In this document: in pieces, positions 43,200 through 51,125 of the stretch | Layout: every line of letters starts with the position of its first letter | Numbering within the stretch: position 1 is the stretch's first letter | Virus record (IMG/VR): IMGVR_UViG_3300021478_000019 | Location: 32,001-96,000 of that record | Reading direction: 5' to 3' (one strand) | DNA: 64,000 nucleotides | Origin: a virus | The notes under the pieces: generated by a model | The model's database searches: none | What the model was told of the DNA's origin: nothing | Seen by the model: the letters and a program-made list of their open reading frames with translations, nothing else | Position numbers and translations under genes: made by a program

Positions 43200-43703
43200 T
43201 CATCTCCAGGGGGGTGCGAGCTTGCGTAGCTGGGTGGTGCGTCCTATGCCCGGATCGGCACCCCACAGAGACTGCTGGCGAGGAGAGAACATGGGCACCT
43301 TGTCGAAGTCGGGTACGTAGCGCTCCGACAGCACCATGGTGTCAACGGGGACCCCTCGGCTCTCCCGTACCAGCCCTCGGTCGGGCTGGAGGTCGGGTGG
43401 GAAGAGGTAATCCGAGGGGTCGATCCGTTCCCCCTTGTGGACCCCCCGCACATAGGAGCGCTGGTTCTGACGGCTCTTCAGATTGTCGAGGAGGCGGTCT
43501 CCACGCCGGGAGTTGATCGTGCCGAGGTAGCCATCGGGATACATCGCCTCCGGGGTGCGGTTGTACATCGACCGCCGCGCATCCAAGGCGTCTCGGAAAT
43601 ACGGTCCCATACCCCCGCCCCCGCCAACCGTGTTGGCATTTCCGGGGGCCCCCATATTCATTGGGGGGAGGTACTGCCACGGCGTGAAGACCCCTCGGGG
43701 CAT
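43200..43703 (-). CDS. Conserved-looking phage protein, possibly a virion component
   Basis: YPDGYLGTI.SRR.DRLL...Y.RGVHKGERID..DY. Confidence 0.75.
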   Translation of the reverse strand: MPRGVFTPWQYLPPMNMGAPGNANTVGGGGGMGPYFRDALDARRSMYNRTPEAMYPDGYLGTINSRRGDRLLDNLKSRQNQRSYVRGVHKGERIDPSDYLFPPDLQPDRGLVRESRGVPVDTMVLSERYVPDFDKVPMFSPRQQSLWGADPGIGRTTQLRKLAPPWR

Positions 43704-43945
43704 CAGTCCATCACTGATGTCGCATCGAAGAACCCGCGCACTTCTTCATTGCGGGAGTGGGCCACCGGCATCAGCTGGCCCAGATAGTGGGGATCCTGGG
43801 CGTCTTCATTGCCGCTGAGCTTGTCGCTCATGACCATGTCGTAGGTGGGCCCGTGGGGCTCACCCTGGTGCTGCTGAGCCTGCTCGTAGCTGCCGCCTCC
43901 AGCGCTGGTGGGAGCATTCGTGGGGAACCCTCGGGCTGGGCTCAT
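43703..43945 (-). CDS. Small hypothetical protein
   Basis: MSPARGF at an ATGA overlap; TGATG overlap downstream. Confidence 0.6.
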   Translation of the reverse strand: MSPARGFPTNAPTSAGGGSYEQAQQHQGEPHGPTYDMVMSDKLSGNEDAQDPHYLGQLMPVAHSRNEEVRGFFDATSVMD

Positions 43946-44430
43946 GGCTCGTTGCCCATCATCCCGGTCTGGAAGTTCGTGGTCCGACTGGGCGTCGAGG
44001 GCACGATGTGGCCCCCGCCCTGGGTCGGTACCGGCGACTCGGTGGGGATCTTCATGGACGGCGACACCGTCAGCCGGGCCGTCGCCGCCTCCCCTTGGGA
44101 CATGGCTACCCGAGAGGGATGGGGCTCTTGGATCACCCCAGCTGAGACCCCGCTGGCGAAGGCGGCGTTGTCGCTGGCCAGGGGCGGGCCGGCACCGCGA
44201 CCGTAGGTATCGGAGCCCGTCTCGTAGGCATCGGGCACCCCCTTGAGCCGGCCCCCGGTGGCGCCGATCCCGCCAGCGAGATCGCCAGGCGTCCCTACCT
44301 GTCCAGGCTGGGGTCCGGGTGGGGTCCAAGATCCATTTTGCTTTGCTGCTTTTTCGGCCATACCCAGGTGACTACTTTCTGCTCCCATGCGACGACGAAT
44401 CGCATGACCGACACGTCTCTGATCAGCCAT
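43942..44430 (-). CDS. Gly/Pro-rich hypothetical protein
   Basis: First gene of the structural chain; ATGA overlap. Confidence 0.65.
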   Translation of the reverse strand: MADQRRVGHAIRRRMGAESSHLGMAEKAAKQNGSWTPPGPQPGQVGTPGDLAGGIGATGGRLKGVPDAYETGSDTYGRGAGPPLASDNAAFASGVSAGVIQEPHPSRVAMSQGEAATARLTVSPSMKIPTESPVPTQGGGHIVPSTPSRTTNFQTGMMGNEP

Positions 44431-44476
44431 GGGTCGATGTTAGGGCCGGGCGGGCCGAGGGCCCCGACCACAGGAG

Positions 44477-45199
44477 CTACTGGGCTCGCCGGATCAGTCG
44501 TCGAGGAGGGGAGGTGGTGATTTCCACCGGGGCCCATTCGGTGCGTCCCTGCAGGGCCTTTATGACGTCACGCTGGAAGTTGGTCATCTCGGGGTCGGTG
44601 GCGTAGGCGTGGGCCATGCGAGCCAGGATGTACGCCTCAGCCAGGTTGGTGTCGTTGAAGTCCTCGTTCCAGCGCTTCAGCACCTCCTTGGTCAGGAGTT
44701 CCTTCTTGGTGTTGCCATTGCCGGTGGCGAACTTCTTGATCTGCTGAGGGCTGGGCAGGACCGGGAAGGACCGCCGGTTGCCGTTGTAGACACCGTCGTC
44801 GAAGAAGGTCAGGATGGCCAGCTTGATGGCGCCACCGACCTCACCGGAGTTGTGCTGGCCGAACTTCTCCAGCATGCTGTAATGCTCCATGGCGATCTGG
44901 CAGATCTCGCCCTGCTCGGACAGCCGGCGTAGCTCCCGCCTGATATTCGTCATCAGATAGCGCAGCCGTAGCACTCCCTTGGGCAGGGTTTTCGCTACGG
45001 GTTTCCACTGCCCTACCAGCCCGCGGGTGGGACTCCAGGCCACCAGGGCGCAGTTGAGGACGCCGGGGTCGATACCTATATACAGGTCCACACTTGGCTT
45101 GGTCACCCGGCGATGCTCCTCTTTATGGTTGGGATGCTCCCAGTACTCGCCACAGGTGGCGCATCGGCTCTCGCTGGTGCCTCGGTACCCATGGCTCAC
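44477..45199 (-). CDS. ruvC: RuvC-like Holliday junction resolvase; alternative GTG start at 45106
   Basis: YIGIDPG, IAME.Y, P...KKFATG.GN..K, N.AEAY.LA. Confidence 0.88.
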   Translation of the reverse strand: MSHGYRGTSESRCATCGEYWEHPNHKEEHRRVTKPSVDLYIGIDPGVLNCALVAWSPTRGLVGQWKPVAKTLPKGVLRLRYLMTNIRRELRRLSEQGEICQIAMEHYSMLEKFGQHNSGEVGGAIKLAILTFFDDGVYNGNRRSFPVLPSPQQIKKFATGNGNTKKELLTKEVLKRWNEDFNDTNLAEAYILARMAHAYATDPEMTNFQRDVIKALQGRTEWAPVEITTSPPRRLIRRAQ

Positions 45200-45417
45200 T
45201 CCTTGCGCCAGCGGGACCGCATCTCGGTGGTGGCCTTGGGCTCAGCTGGCGCCCGCCGTGGGGGCCTACGGTCCTTGGGTAGGTAGCCCTGGTACAGGCG
45301 ATCGCCGCAGTCGGCGCAGTACACGCACCGGCCCACCTGCTTCCAGGTGTGGGCTTCGTGGATCTCCAGCCCCGCAGACCAGTCCTCCAGCGCCTTCCTG
45401 ATCGTGGCCTCATCCAT
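45196..45417 (-). CDS. Small zinc-ribbon protein
   Basis: H.W..VG.CVYC.DC..RLYQG. Confidence 0.65.
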   Translation of the reverse strand: MDEATIRKALEDWSAGLEIHEAHTWKQVGRCVYCADCGDRLYQGYLPKDRRPPRRAPAEPKATTEMRSRWRKE

Positions 45418-45622
45418 CGCTCAGCCTCTGGATCTCCCGGTTGACGTACCACGCCGCCTTCTTGAGATCCTCCACCGGGTCCACGCCCTCCTTGAGCCCG
45501 GCCCGCCACAGGTACTTGATGGCGTTGCCGACGTTGAAGTTGTAATGCTCAGCGATGCGGATGCACTCGATACCGGAGGGGTGGCTGCCGTAGTGGGGAG
45601 GATGGTTGATCAGGTCACTCAT
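45410..45622 (-). CDS. DUF3310 (T7 gp1.7-like putative nucleotide kinase) protein
   Basis: INHPPHY....GIECI......FN.GNAIKYLWRAG.K....EDLKKA.WY. Confidence 0.9.
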   Translation of the reverse strand: MSDLINHPPHYGSHPSGIECIRIAEHYNFNVGNAIKYLWRAGLKEGVDPVEDLKKAAWYVNREIQRLSDG

Positions 45623-46176
45623 GGGGCGTTCCGATCCGCTCGACGAAAGCCAGGGCTCTTGTCGTCGCCCCGCCGGGTTAGCTCCCGGCTCACCACGGCG
45701 GCGTCCCGCTCGGCCCCCTCAAAGAGCATGGACTTCAGCTTGCGCCGGGCGTAGGTGACCTTCAGGACGTCCCTGGCCTTGGCGATGTCGGGATCTGACT
45801 CCATGCCGGCCCGGACCCAGGTGACCGCCTCCGACACCCGCTCAGGCTTGTTGGCGATCATGTAGAGCCCCTCCAGCCGGCGCACCTCGGCGTCGGCGTA
45901 GCGTTCGTGGATCTCCTCGATGGCCAGCTGGTTCTGCAAATAATCGGCCCAGCGGGTAAACATCACGAACAGATTCATGAGTTCTTTTCCGGTCAGGTCG
46001 TCAATATCTGGCTCCAGCTTGGGCAGCTTGAAGTCAGGAGCGTCGGGCTCCTCCAGCTGGAGATCCCGGTACACCGACTGGCGCCGCAGGGCCACGGTCT
46101 GGCGCACCTGCTCCCAGCCGTCGACTGGCTTGGGTCGGTTCAGGCGCCGGGCGGCGGATGAGTCGCCGTCTACCAT
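45619..46176 (-). CDS. Helical protein, possible UvsY-like recombination mediator
   Basis: Long amphipathic helices, DP motif, SRELTRR terminus; next to RecA and nuclease genes. Confidence 0.55.
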   Translation of the reverse strand: MVDGDSSAARRLNRPKPVDGWEQVRQTVALRRQSVYRDLQLEEPDAPDFKLPKLEPDIDDLTGKELMNLFVMFTRWADYLQNQLAIEEIHERYADAEVRRLEGLYMIANKPERVSEAVTWVRAGMESDPDIAKARDVLKVTYARRKLKSMLFEGAERDAAVVSRELTRRGDDKSPGFRRADRNAP

Positions 46177-47086
46177 GGACGGGCTCGTAGCGTGAACAAT
46201 CGGCACAGCCATCGTAGGGGCACTTCGGGATGGTACCGCCGTTTAGTGCGTCCACCACCTCGGCGCACTGAGATAACCGGTCGAAAATTCGTTCCGGTCG
46301 ATATTTAACGACCATCTCTTTGACTTGCTGATTCCACTTGCACTCGTAGAGATAGATCATGTCGGTGAGCCCGCTCATGAAGCAGTAGAGGTGGCCCTGG
46401 CGGATGTGGGAGGGGAACGGTACCCGAATAGAGTTCCACAGGGCGTCGTAGTCGAGGAAGGTTCTCGATTTACCGTTCAGGTTCAGCTTGGTGGTGTGCT
46501 TGACCAACAGGTCCGGGGCTTCAAAGCGCAGGGTGCCGAGGCCGATGGACTTGATCTCGACGAGGTCTTGACCGTCCTGGCCATCGGCGTGGCCCACCAT
46601 GTGCAGGGCCTCGTTGGTGAGGGGCACCTCGTCGTAGCGCAGGAACTTGCGCTGGGCCAGGCACTGCTCGCACTCGTCGGGAGCTTCAGCCCACCAGCTG
46701 TGATGACACGCCTGGCAGTAGAACATGCCCGAGAGGCGCCCGATGTCCCAGATCCGGTCCTGCCACTTGCGGTGGATGTCCTTGCCCTCGTCGAAGATCA
46801 TCTGCATCCGCCAGTGGGTGACCGGTAGCGCGGTGTGGGGCTGGATGCCGGCCAGGCGGTAGTAGCTGGCCCGCGGGCACCACTCGTTGTGGGAGACCTC
46901 AGAGGGATGCAGTTCGTCCTGGCGCCGCTCGTCGTTGGCGCCAGGCCGCAATAAGTGTCTTTGCACGTCCCCAAGGAGCCGAGTCTCTCGCTTGGTCGTC
47001 TCCAGCAGGGCCTTGAGGTTGGGGTCGTTGTTGGGATGCCACAGCTGTGATCGTGATGATCGTTCCGGTGGTAAGCGCACCTTCAC
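46034..47086 (-). CDS. Cas4-like PD-(D/E)XK exonuclease
   Basis: HPS....CPR..YY; G..IH; GHADG....EIKS; Q...Y; C-terminal Cys cluster. Confidence 0.85.
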   Translation of the reverse strand: MKVRLPPERSSRSQLWHPNNDPNLKALLETTKRETRLLGDVQRHLLRPGANDERRQDELHPSEVSHNEWCPRASYYRLAGIQPHTALPVTHWRMQMIFDEGKDIHRKWQDRIWDIGRLSGMFYCQACHHSWWAEAPDECEQCLAQRKFLRYDEVPLTNEALHMVGHADGQDGQDLVEIKSIGLGTLRFEAPDLLVKHTTKLNLNGKSRTFLDYDALWNSIRVPFPSHIRQGHLYCFMSGLTDMIYLYECKWNQQVKEMVVKYRPERIFDRLSQCAEVVDALNGGTIPKCPYDGCADCSRYEPVHGRRRLIRRPAPEPTQASRRLGAGAPDRGPAAPVGVPGSPAGGARRS

Positions 47087-47381
47087 GATGGCGCTCCCGC
47101 TTCATCCGGCGGCGTTCGCGCTCGGAACACCCGCCCCAGACCCCCCACTTCTCGTTGTTGTCGAGGGCGTAGTCGAGACACTGGTCGAGGACCGGGCACC
47201 GACCGGGGTGGTCCGGGTGGGTCCCCAGGCACACGCTCTTGGCCTCCTGCACCTGACCGTTGTGCTGATGGTCCGCGAACCACAGGTTGGTGGGTCCGCT
47301 GGCGCAGCTTCCCCAGCACTTTGCTCGATCCAGCCAGTCGGGCTGCACCCGTTCGTGGACCGGGGGCAGGGCTCCGTTCAC
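46899..47381 (-). CDS. whiB: WhiB-family transcription factor
   Basis: W...AKC...F...AK.VC...CPV...CL.YAL....GVWGG.SERER. Confidence 0.88.
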   Translation of the reverse strand: MNGALPPVHERVQPDWLDRAKCWGSCASGPTNLWFADHQHNGQVQEAKSVCLGTHPDHPGRCPVLDQCLDYALDNNEKWGVWGGCSERERRRMKRERHREGALTTGTIITITAVASQQRPQPQGPAGDDQARDSAPWGRAKTLIAAWRQRRAAPGRTASL

Positions 47382-47685
47382 GTCCACCAGAAAGGTCGAG
47401 GTAGTCCCGCTCAGGGATGACGACAAAGTCGTCTCCTCCAAGCTCAAAGACCAGAACAGGGCGGCGACCTTCTGCCATTGCATGCTGACGTAGGTCGTAG
47501 AGGTCGATGTACTTGAGAGTGATGCTGCTCCGGTTGTCAGTGCGCTTGAACTCAACCAGTTCGTCGGCAGTACGTCCGTCGTTCTTACGGTCCCAGCGTG
47601 CGCCTGATCTGGGGCTAGGTACCCCTCCAAACCGCTCCATCCCCTGTCGTTCTTGCCGCCTCGACCGGGTGAGGCGGTCGTTCAT
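47083..47685 (-). CDS. Hjc-like PD-(D/E)XK nuclease/resolvase
   Basis: S..QE......GG...P.SGA....K.D......VE.K; domain ends near 47390 but the frame stays open across whiB. Confidence 0.75.
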   Translation of the reverse strand: MNDRLTRSRRQERQGMERFGGVPSPRSGARWDRKNDGRTADELVEFKRTDNRSSITLKYIDLYDLRQHAMAEGRRPVLVFELGGDDFVVIPERDYLDLSGGRERSPAPGPRTGAARLAGSSKVLGKLRQRTHQPVVRGPSAQRSGAGGQERVPGDPPGPPRSVPGPRPVSRLRPRQQREVGGLGRVFRARTPPDEAGAPS

Positions 47686-48788
47686 GACCGACGCCTGATC
47701 CGGCGCCCGGATTTCGCCGCGGCTGCCGCAGGGTCTGGGCGCCGGCCCTTATTCACTACCGATAAGACAGAGTCCCTCAGGCTCTCCTGCAGAGTCAAGT
47801 CCCATCTGACCTGTTCTTCCAGCGCAGCGCGCCCATGCCAGCGCTCTTCGCCCAGCTGGTAATAGGAGCCCTTGACGCTGAAGATGTCGTAGTAGAGGGC
47901 CAGGTTGATGACCTCGGTGGCCGGGTCGTAGCCGCCGGGTGGGATGGCCAGGTCGTTGAAGTCGAAGAAGAAATTGAAGGCGGCGACGCGCTCGGGCGGG
48001 AACCCCTTGTTCTTCTTGATCAGGCACTTGATCGAGATGCCCACCTTCCGCTGGTTGCGCTTCTCACCTTCGGTGATCCATTCGTCCCGCTTCAACTCCA
48101 CCCTGGTGAAGTACCAGTAGTTCTTGGCCCGGCCCCCTGGGGTGGTGCGGGGGTCCCCGAACATGATGCCGATCTTCTCTCGCCACTGGTTGACCATGAA
48201 GCAGGTCACGGGGCGATCGGCCTCAACCAGGGACCGCTTCATGGCCGTGTACGCCTTGCGGAAGAACTTGCCCAGGAGGCGGGCGGCGAGGCCCACCTGG
48301 TGGTCCTCGATGGTCCCCTCGGACTCGCTTATCGGTGATAGCGCCGGCAGGGAGTCGACCACCAGGCAGTCCACGGTGCGGCTCTCCAGCACCCGGATAG
48401 CGGCGTTGGCAGCCTCCTCCAGCACGTTGGTCTGCATGACCACGATGCGGTTGGTGTCGCAGCCCAGAAGTCGGGCCCACTCCGGTACGAAGTCCTCGGC
48501 GGCGATCCAGAACACCGTGAAGTTGGGGTCCAGGCTCTGCTGGTGGGCGATGGTTTTCAGCAGGATGGTGGTCTTGCCCGAGGACTCGTCGCCGTAGATC
48601 TCATGCCAGCTGTTGACGGTCCAGCCGCCCCCCAGCGCTACGTCGAGCGCCAGAGAGCCGCTGGAGATGCGGGGCATGTCGGAGAACTTGATCTGGCTGC
48701 CCCAGACCACGGTCTCGGGCCCGTACTCGGAGTTGATCTCCCCGATGACGGCGTCGATCTCGACGTGGGCCTTGGTCTTAGTGGCCAT
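47682..48788 (-). CDS. recA: RecA-family recombinase
   Basis: SSGSLALD.ALGGG, EIYGDESSGKTT, VVDS, NQ.REKIG.MFG.P.TTPGG.A. Confidence 0.95.
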   Translation of the reverse strand: MATKTKAHVEIDAVIGEINSEYGPETVVWGSQIKFSDMPRISSGSLALDVALGGGWTVNSWHEIYGDESSGKTTILLKTIAHQQSLDPNFTVFWIAAEDFVPEWARLLGCDTNRIVVMQTNVLEEAANAAIRVLESRTVDCLVVDSLPALSPISESEGTIEDHQVGLAARLLGKFFRKAYTAMKRSLVEADRPVTCFMVNQWREKIGIMFGDPRTTPGGRAKNYWYFTRVELKRDEWITEGEKRNQRKVGISIKCLIKKNKGFPPERVAAFNFFFDFNDLAIPPGGYDPATEVINLALYYDIFSVKGSYYQLGEERWHGRAALEEQVRWDLTLQESLRDSVLSVVNKGRRPDPAAAAAKSGRRIRRRS

Positions 48789-49116
48789 CGTTCCTCCAGG
48801 CTCTGAGCCCTGTCTCGGTGACTTCCCACTCATGCAGGATGCTGCCGTGGCGTACCGCTCGACGGGAGCGGGCTGCCCGTCCGGTGTCTGAGATCCAGCC
48901 CTTGCCCAGGGCCTTGCTGGTGAGCGAGCCCACCCGCTTCGGGTTGTCGGGCCGGCGCGCCCCGGTGTCCTCAAAGAAGTCGTCGGTGGTGAACGGCTTG
49001 CCGATGGTGGCGGCGTAGTCGAGGAACAGGGGCAGCACCTCCGACAGCCAGGGATCCTCTTCCTTGCGGGCCTTCTCCACCACCTTCCCGCTGGCCCGGA
49101 TGTCGGAGTAGCGCAT
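48778..49116 (-). CDS. Small winged-helix-like phage protein
   Basis: W........FTTDD....P.NP...G.....G.I...G...S....H......W; same pattern as 49945..50364. Confidence 0.65.
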   Translation of the reverse strand: MRYSDIRASGKVVEKARKEEDPWLSEVLPLFLDYAATIGKPFTTDDFFEDTGARRPDNPKRVGSLTSKALGKGWISDTGRAARSRRAVRHGSILHEWEVTETGLRAWRNDGH

Positions 49117-49119
49117 CAG

Positions 49120-49839
49120 TTACCCGAGTCCTATCCCACTACTGGGGCACTGGGGGTCTTGCCCAGGGCAGCCTGGTGCCGGCGTCGAGGGTGCCGTGAT
49201 CCCTGGAGTGGACGGCGGGACGGTGATCAGCGTGGCCGGCGCCGTCGTCGAGGGCCCCCCTGGAGTGGTCTGACCAGGGACCGTGGTGGCGCTGGGGACC
49301 GTGGTAGCTCCTGGCACCGTGGTCGTTGCTCCTGGCAGCGTTGTGCTGCTCGGCAAAGTGGTGGTCGCTCCGGGGACGGTGGTGGTTGTCGCCGGCACCG
49401 TGGTGGTGGTCGGCGCCGCCGTGGTGGTGGTGGTCACCGGGGGACCGGTGGTAGTGATCGAGCAGGTGGCGATGTCGCCGTCACTCAGGGTCACCGAGTT
49501 GTCCGTGAACGACGTTGCCCCTATGCACATCCATACGCTGGGGACGAAGCCCGCGGTGTCAGCGTTACCACTGGCGCTCAGCTGGTAGGTAGCTGACGGC
49601 ACGGCGATCTCGGTCACGTTGGGTGACCCGCCGGCACCGGCGAAAGCGAAGACCGGGCTGGTGGCCATCAGGGTGTAGTCAGCCGGGGTGGTGGTTGACC
49701 CCCCATTGACGATGTGGACGACCAGGGTCAGGGTCGGGTCGCCCGATGACCGTGTCGCAGCGTGCGATCCAGTCGCGCCCAGGCCCAGAAAAATGCCGAG
49801 GCCGGCTAGACCGGCCAGGAGGATGGCCAGTCGCTTCAC
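49120..49839 (-). CDS. Secreted protein with a beta-sandwich domain and a Thr/Pro-rich repeat tail
   Basis: Signal peptide; W.C......C.I; tandem TT(T)(V/L)P(G/A/S) repeats. Confidence 0.75.
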   Translation of the reverse strand: MKRLAILLAGLAGLGIFLGLGATGSHAATRSSGDPTLTLVVHIVNGGSTTTPADYTLMATSPVFAFAGAGGSPNVTEIAVPSATYQLSASGNADTAGFVPSVWMCIGATSFTDNSVTLSDGDIATCSITTTGPPVTTTTTAAPTTTTVPATTTTVPGATTTLPSSTTLPGATTTVPGATTVPSATTVPGQTTPGGPSTTAPATLITVPPSTPGITAPSTPAPGCPGQDPQCPSSGIGLG

Positions 49840-49958
49840 TTCTTGGTGCCAGCCTTCTTGGCGGTGGGCTTCTTCTTGTCGTCCTTCTTGTCGTCATCCT
49901 TCTGCCCGAAGGGCTTGGCTTGCTTGCCCCCGAATGGTTCCTTCTTAGTGGCTGCCAT
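49836..49958 (-). CDS. Tiny Lys/Asp-rich protein
   Basis: RBS AAAGGA; MAATKKEPFGGKQAKPFG...; GTGA overlap. Confidence 0.55.
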   Translation of the reverse strand: MAATKKEPFGGKQAKPFGQKDDDKKDDKKKPTAKKAGTKK

Positions 49959-50364
49959 TACCATTTCCTTTCTGTCGCATGAATAGCTCCACGGTGGAGA
50001 GCTTGTTAGCTCCGAAGTTGAGGGACTTCCATTGCTGCAATTCTCGGTGGCGACGGGGAATTTTGGTGGGCCTCCAGTCACCTTTGATCTTTTCGATATA
50101 GCCGTCCTCGGCTAGCCATTGCATCACCCGCCCCATGGCAGAGGGTTGGTGCGTATGCACGCCGGGGTGGTTGTTCGCCAACTCCTTCCACATTTCATCG
50201 GTATTGAAGTTCCGGTAGTAGGAGGAACAGTCGATGCCTGAGTCGTAGGCGGCTTGCATCCAGTCAACGTCGGCATGCTCTTCAGCTGTGGCGATGCCGC
50301 TGTTGCGGGCGGCACGGGCAGCTGGTGGGTCGAACAGTGGCGGATGCCTCGGTATCCTCCTCAC
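49945..50364 (-). CDS. Small winged-helix-like phage protein
   Basis: A..GI..A......W.....F.TD......P.A.G......G.I....H......W.S. Confidence 0.65.
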   Translation of the reverse strand: MRRIPRHPPLFDPPAARAARNSGIATAEEHADVDWMQAAYDSGIDCSSYYRNFNTDEMWKELANNHPGVHTHQPSAMGRVMQWLAEDGYIEKIKGDWRPTKIPRRHRELQQWKSLNFGANKLSTVELFMRQKGNGNGSH

Positions 50365-50613
50365 TTAGCCACGGTTCTCCTTCTTGTTGTAGCGGCTGCT
50401 GGTGGGCTTGGCTTCGCCGGTCTTACTGATGGGCTTGCGCCCGGACTCTCGGGTCTCAGCTGCCTTCTCCCCCATGGCGTGACGCCGGCCCTTACCCTGA
50501 GCCTGGGCGTTGGAGATGGCTGCCGCCTTGCTCTTGGAAAATCCCTCCTTCTTCAGTGCCTCGTAGCTATCTGGCTTCTTAATAGAGGGACCGGGATCTT
50601 TGCCACCTGGCAT
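50365..50613 (-). CDS. Small basic protein resembling an actinobacterial GPS.K...YEAL...G.SK..AA.I.N family
   Basis: MPGGKDPGPSIKKPDSYEALKKEGFSKSKAAAISN; RBS AGGAGG. Confidence 0.7.
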   Translation of the reverse strand: MPGGKDPGPSIKKPDSYEALKKEGFSKSKAAAISNAQAQGKGRRHAMGEKAAETRESGRKPISKTGEAKPTSSRYNKKENRG

Positions 50614-50621
50614 GACTCCTC

Positions 50622-51116
50622 CTATCTGAGTGCAGCTGGGTTCCAATTGCTGGCCGACAGGGTGTCGTCCATGCCGAAGCGGGACGCGGCATGGGGGTTG
50701 TCGGAGCGGGCCGACTGGGTGGGCCCGGAGCTAATCACCCCGGCGTTGCTGAGCATGGTGCCGGTCTGGGTGAAGTACTCGCCGTTGTAGCCGCAGTCCA
50801 CGCAGAGGGGCGCGGCCTCGGCGTTGGCCCACCGGCGCCGGAAGAAGTTGCCGCCCCCGCACTCCGGGCAGCGCCCCGAGGCAGCACTCCCAGCTGGGGC
50901 CTTGGAGTTAAAGCCCTGCTGACGGACTCGAATGTAGACTTCGTCGCCCTCCGACTGGTCTGGTGGCAGTTGGCGCTGTTGGGGACTGGTCGGGGGGTAC
51001 GAGTCCTCCCAGCGCACCGCCTTGCGAGGCAGGCCGGTAGGGGCAGCTGGTCTGGTCTCCTGGCGTGCCGGCGGGGCCATGCCCAGTCGGCGGGCCCACC
51101 AACCACCGTCACTCAT
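50622..51116 (-). CDS. Zinc-ribbon hypothetical protein
   Basis: WWA..LG N-terminus; CPECGG.N....C.DCGY. Confidence 0.75.
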   Translation of the reverse strand: MSDGGWWARRLGMAPPARQETRPAAPTGLPRKAVRWEDSYPPTSPQQRQLPPDQSEGDEVYIRVRQQGFNSKAPAGSAASGRCPECGGGNFFRRRWANAEAAPLCVDCGYNGEYFTQTGTMLSNAGVISSGPTQSARSDNPHAASRFGMDDTLSASNWNPAALR

Positions 51117-51125
51117 ATTCGCTCC

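Noticed and set aside
46034-47086. Cas4-like gene as evidence of a CRISPR system
   Set aside because: No repeat-spacer array or other cas genes were seen; solo Cas4-like nucleases are common in phage recombination modules.
44486-47705. 17-nt inverted DNA repeat at the ends of ruvC and recA as an invertible segment
   Set aside because: Explained by codon structure, since the antisense of RRLIRR codons reads RRI(R/S)RR; other motif copies do not share the DNA sequence.
49190-49450. GTGGTG-rich tandem repeats as a DNA repeat array
   Set aside because: They encode the Thr/Pro-rich tail of the secreted protein and vary at synonymous positions.
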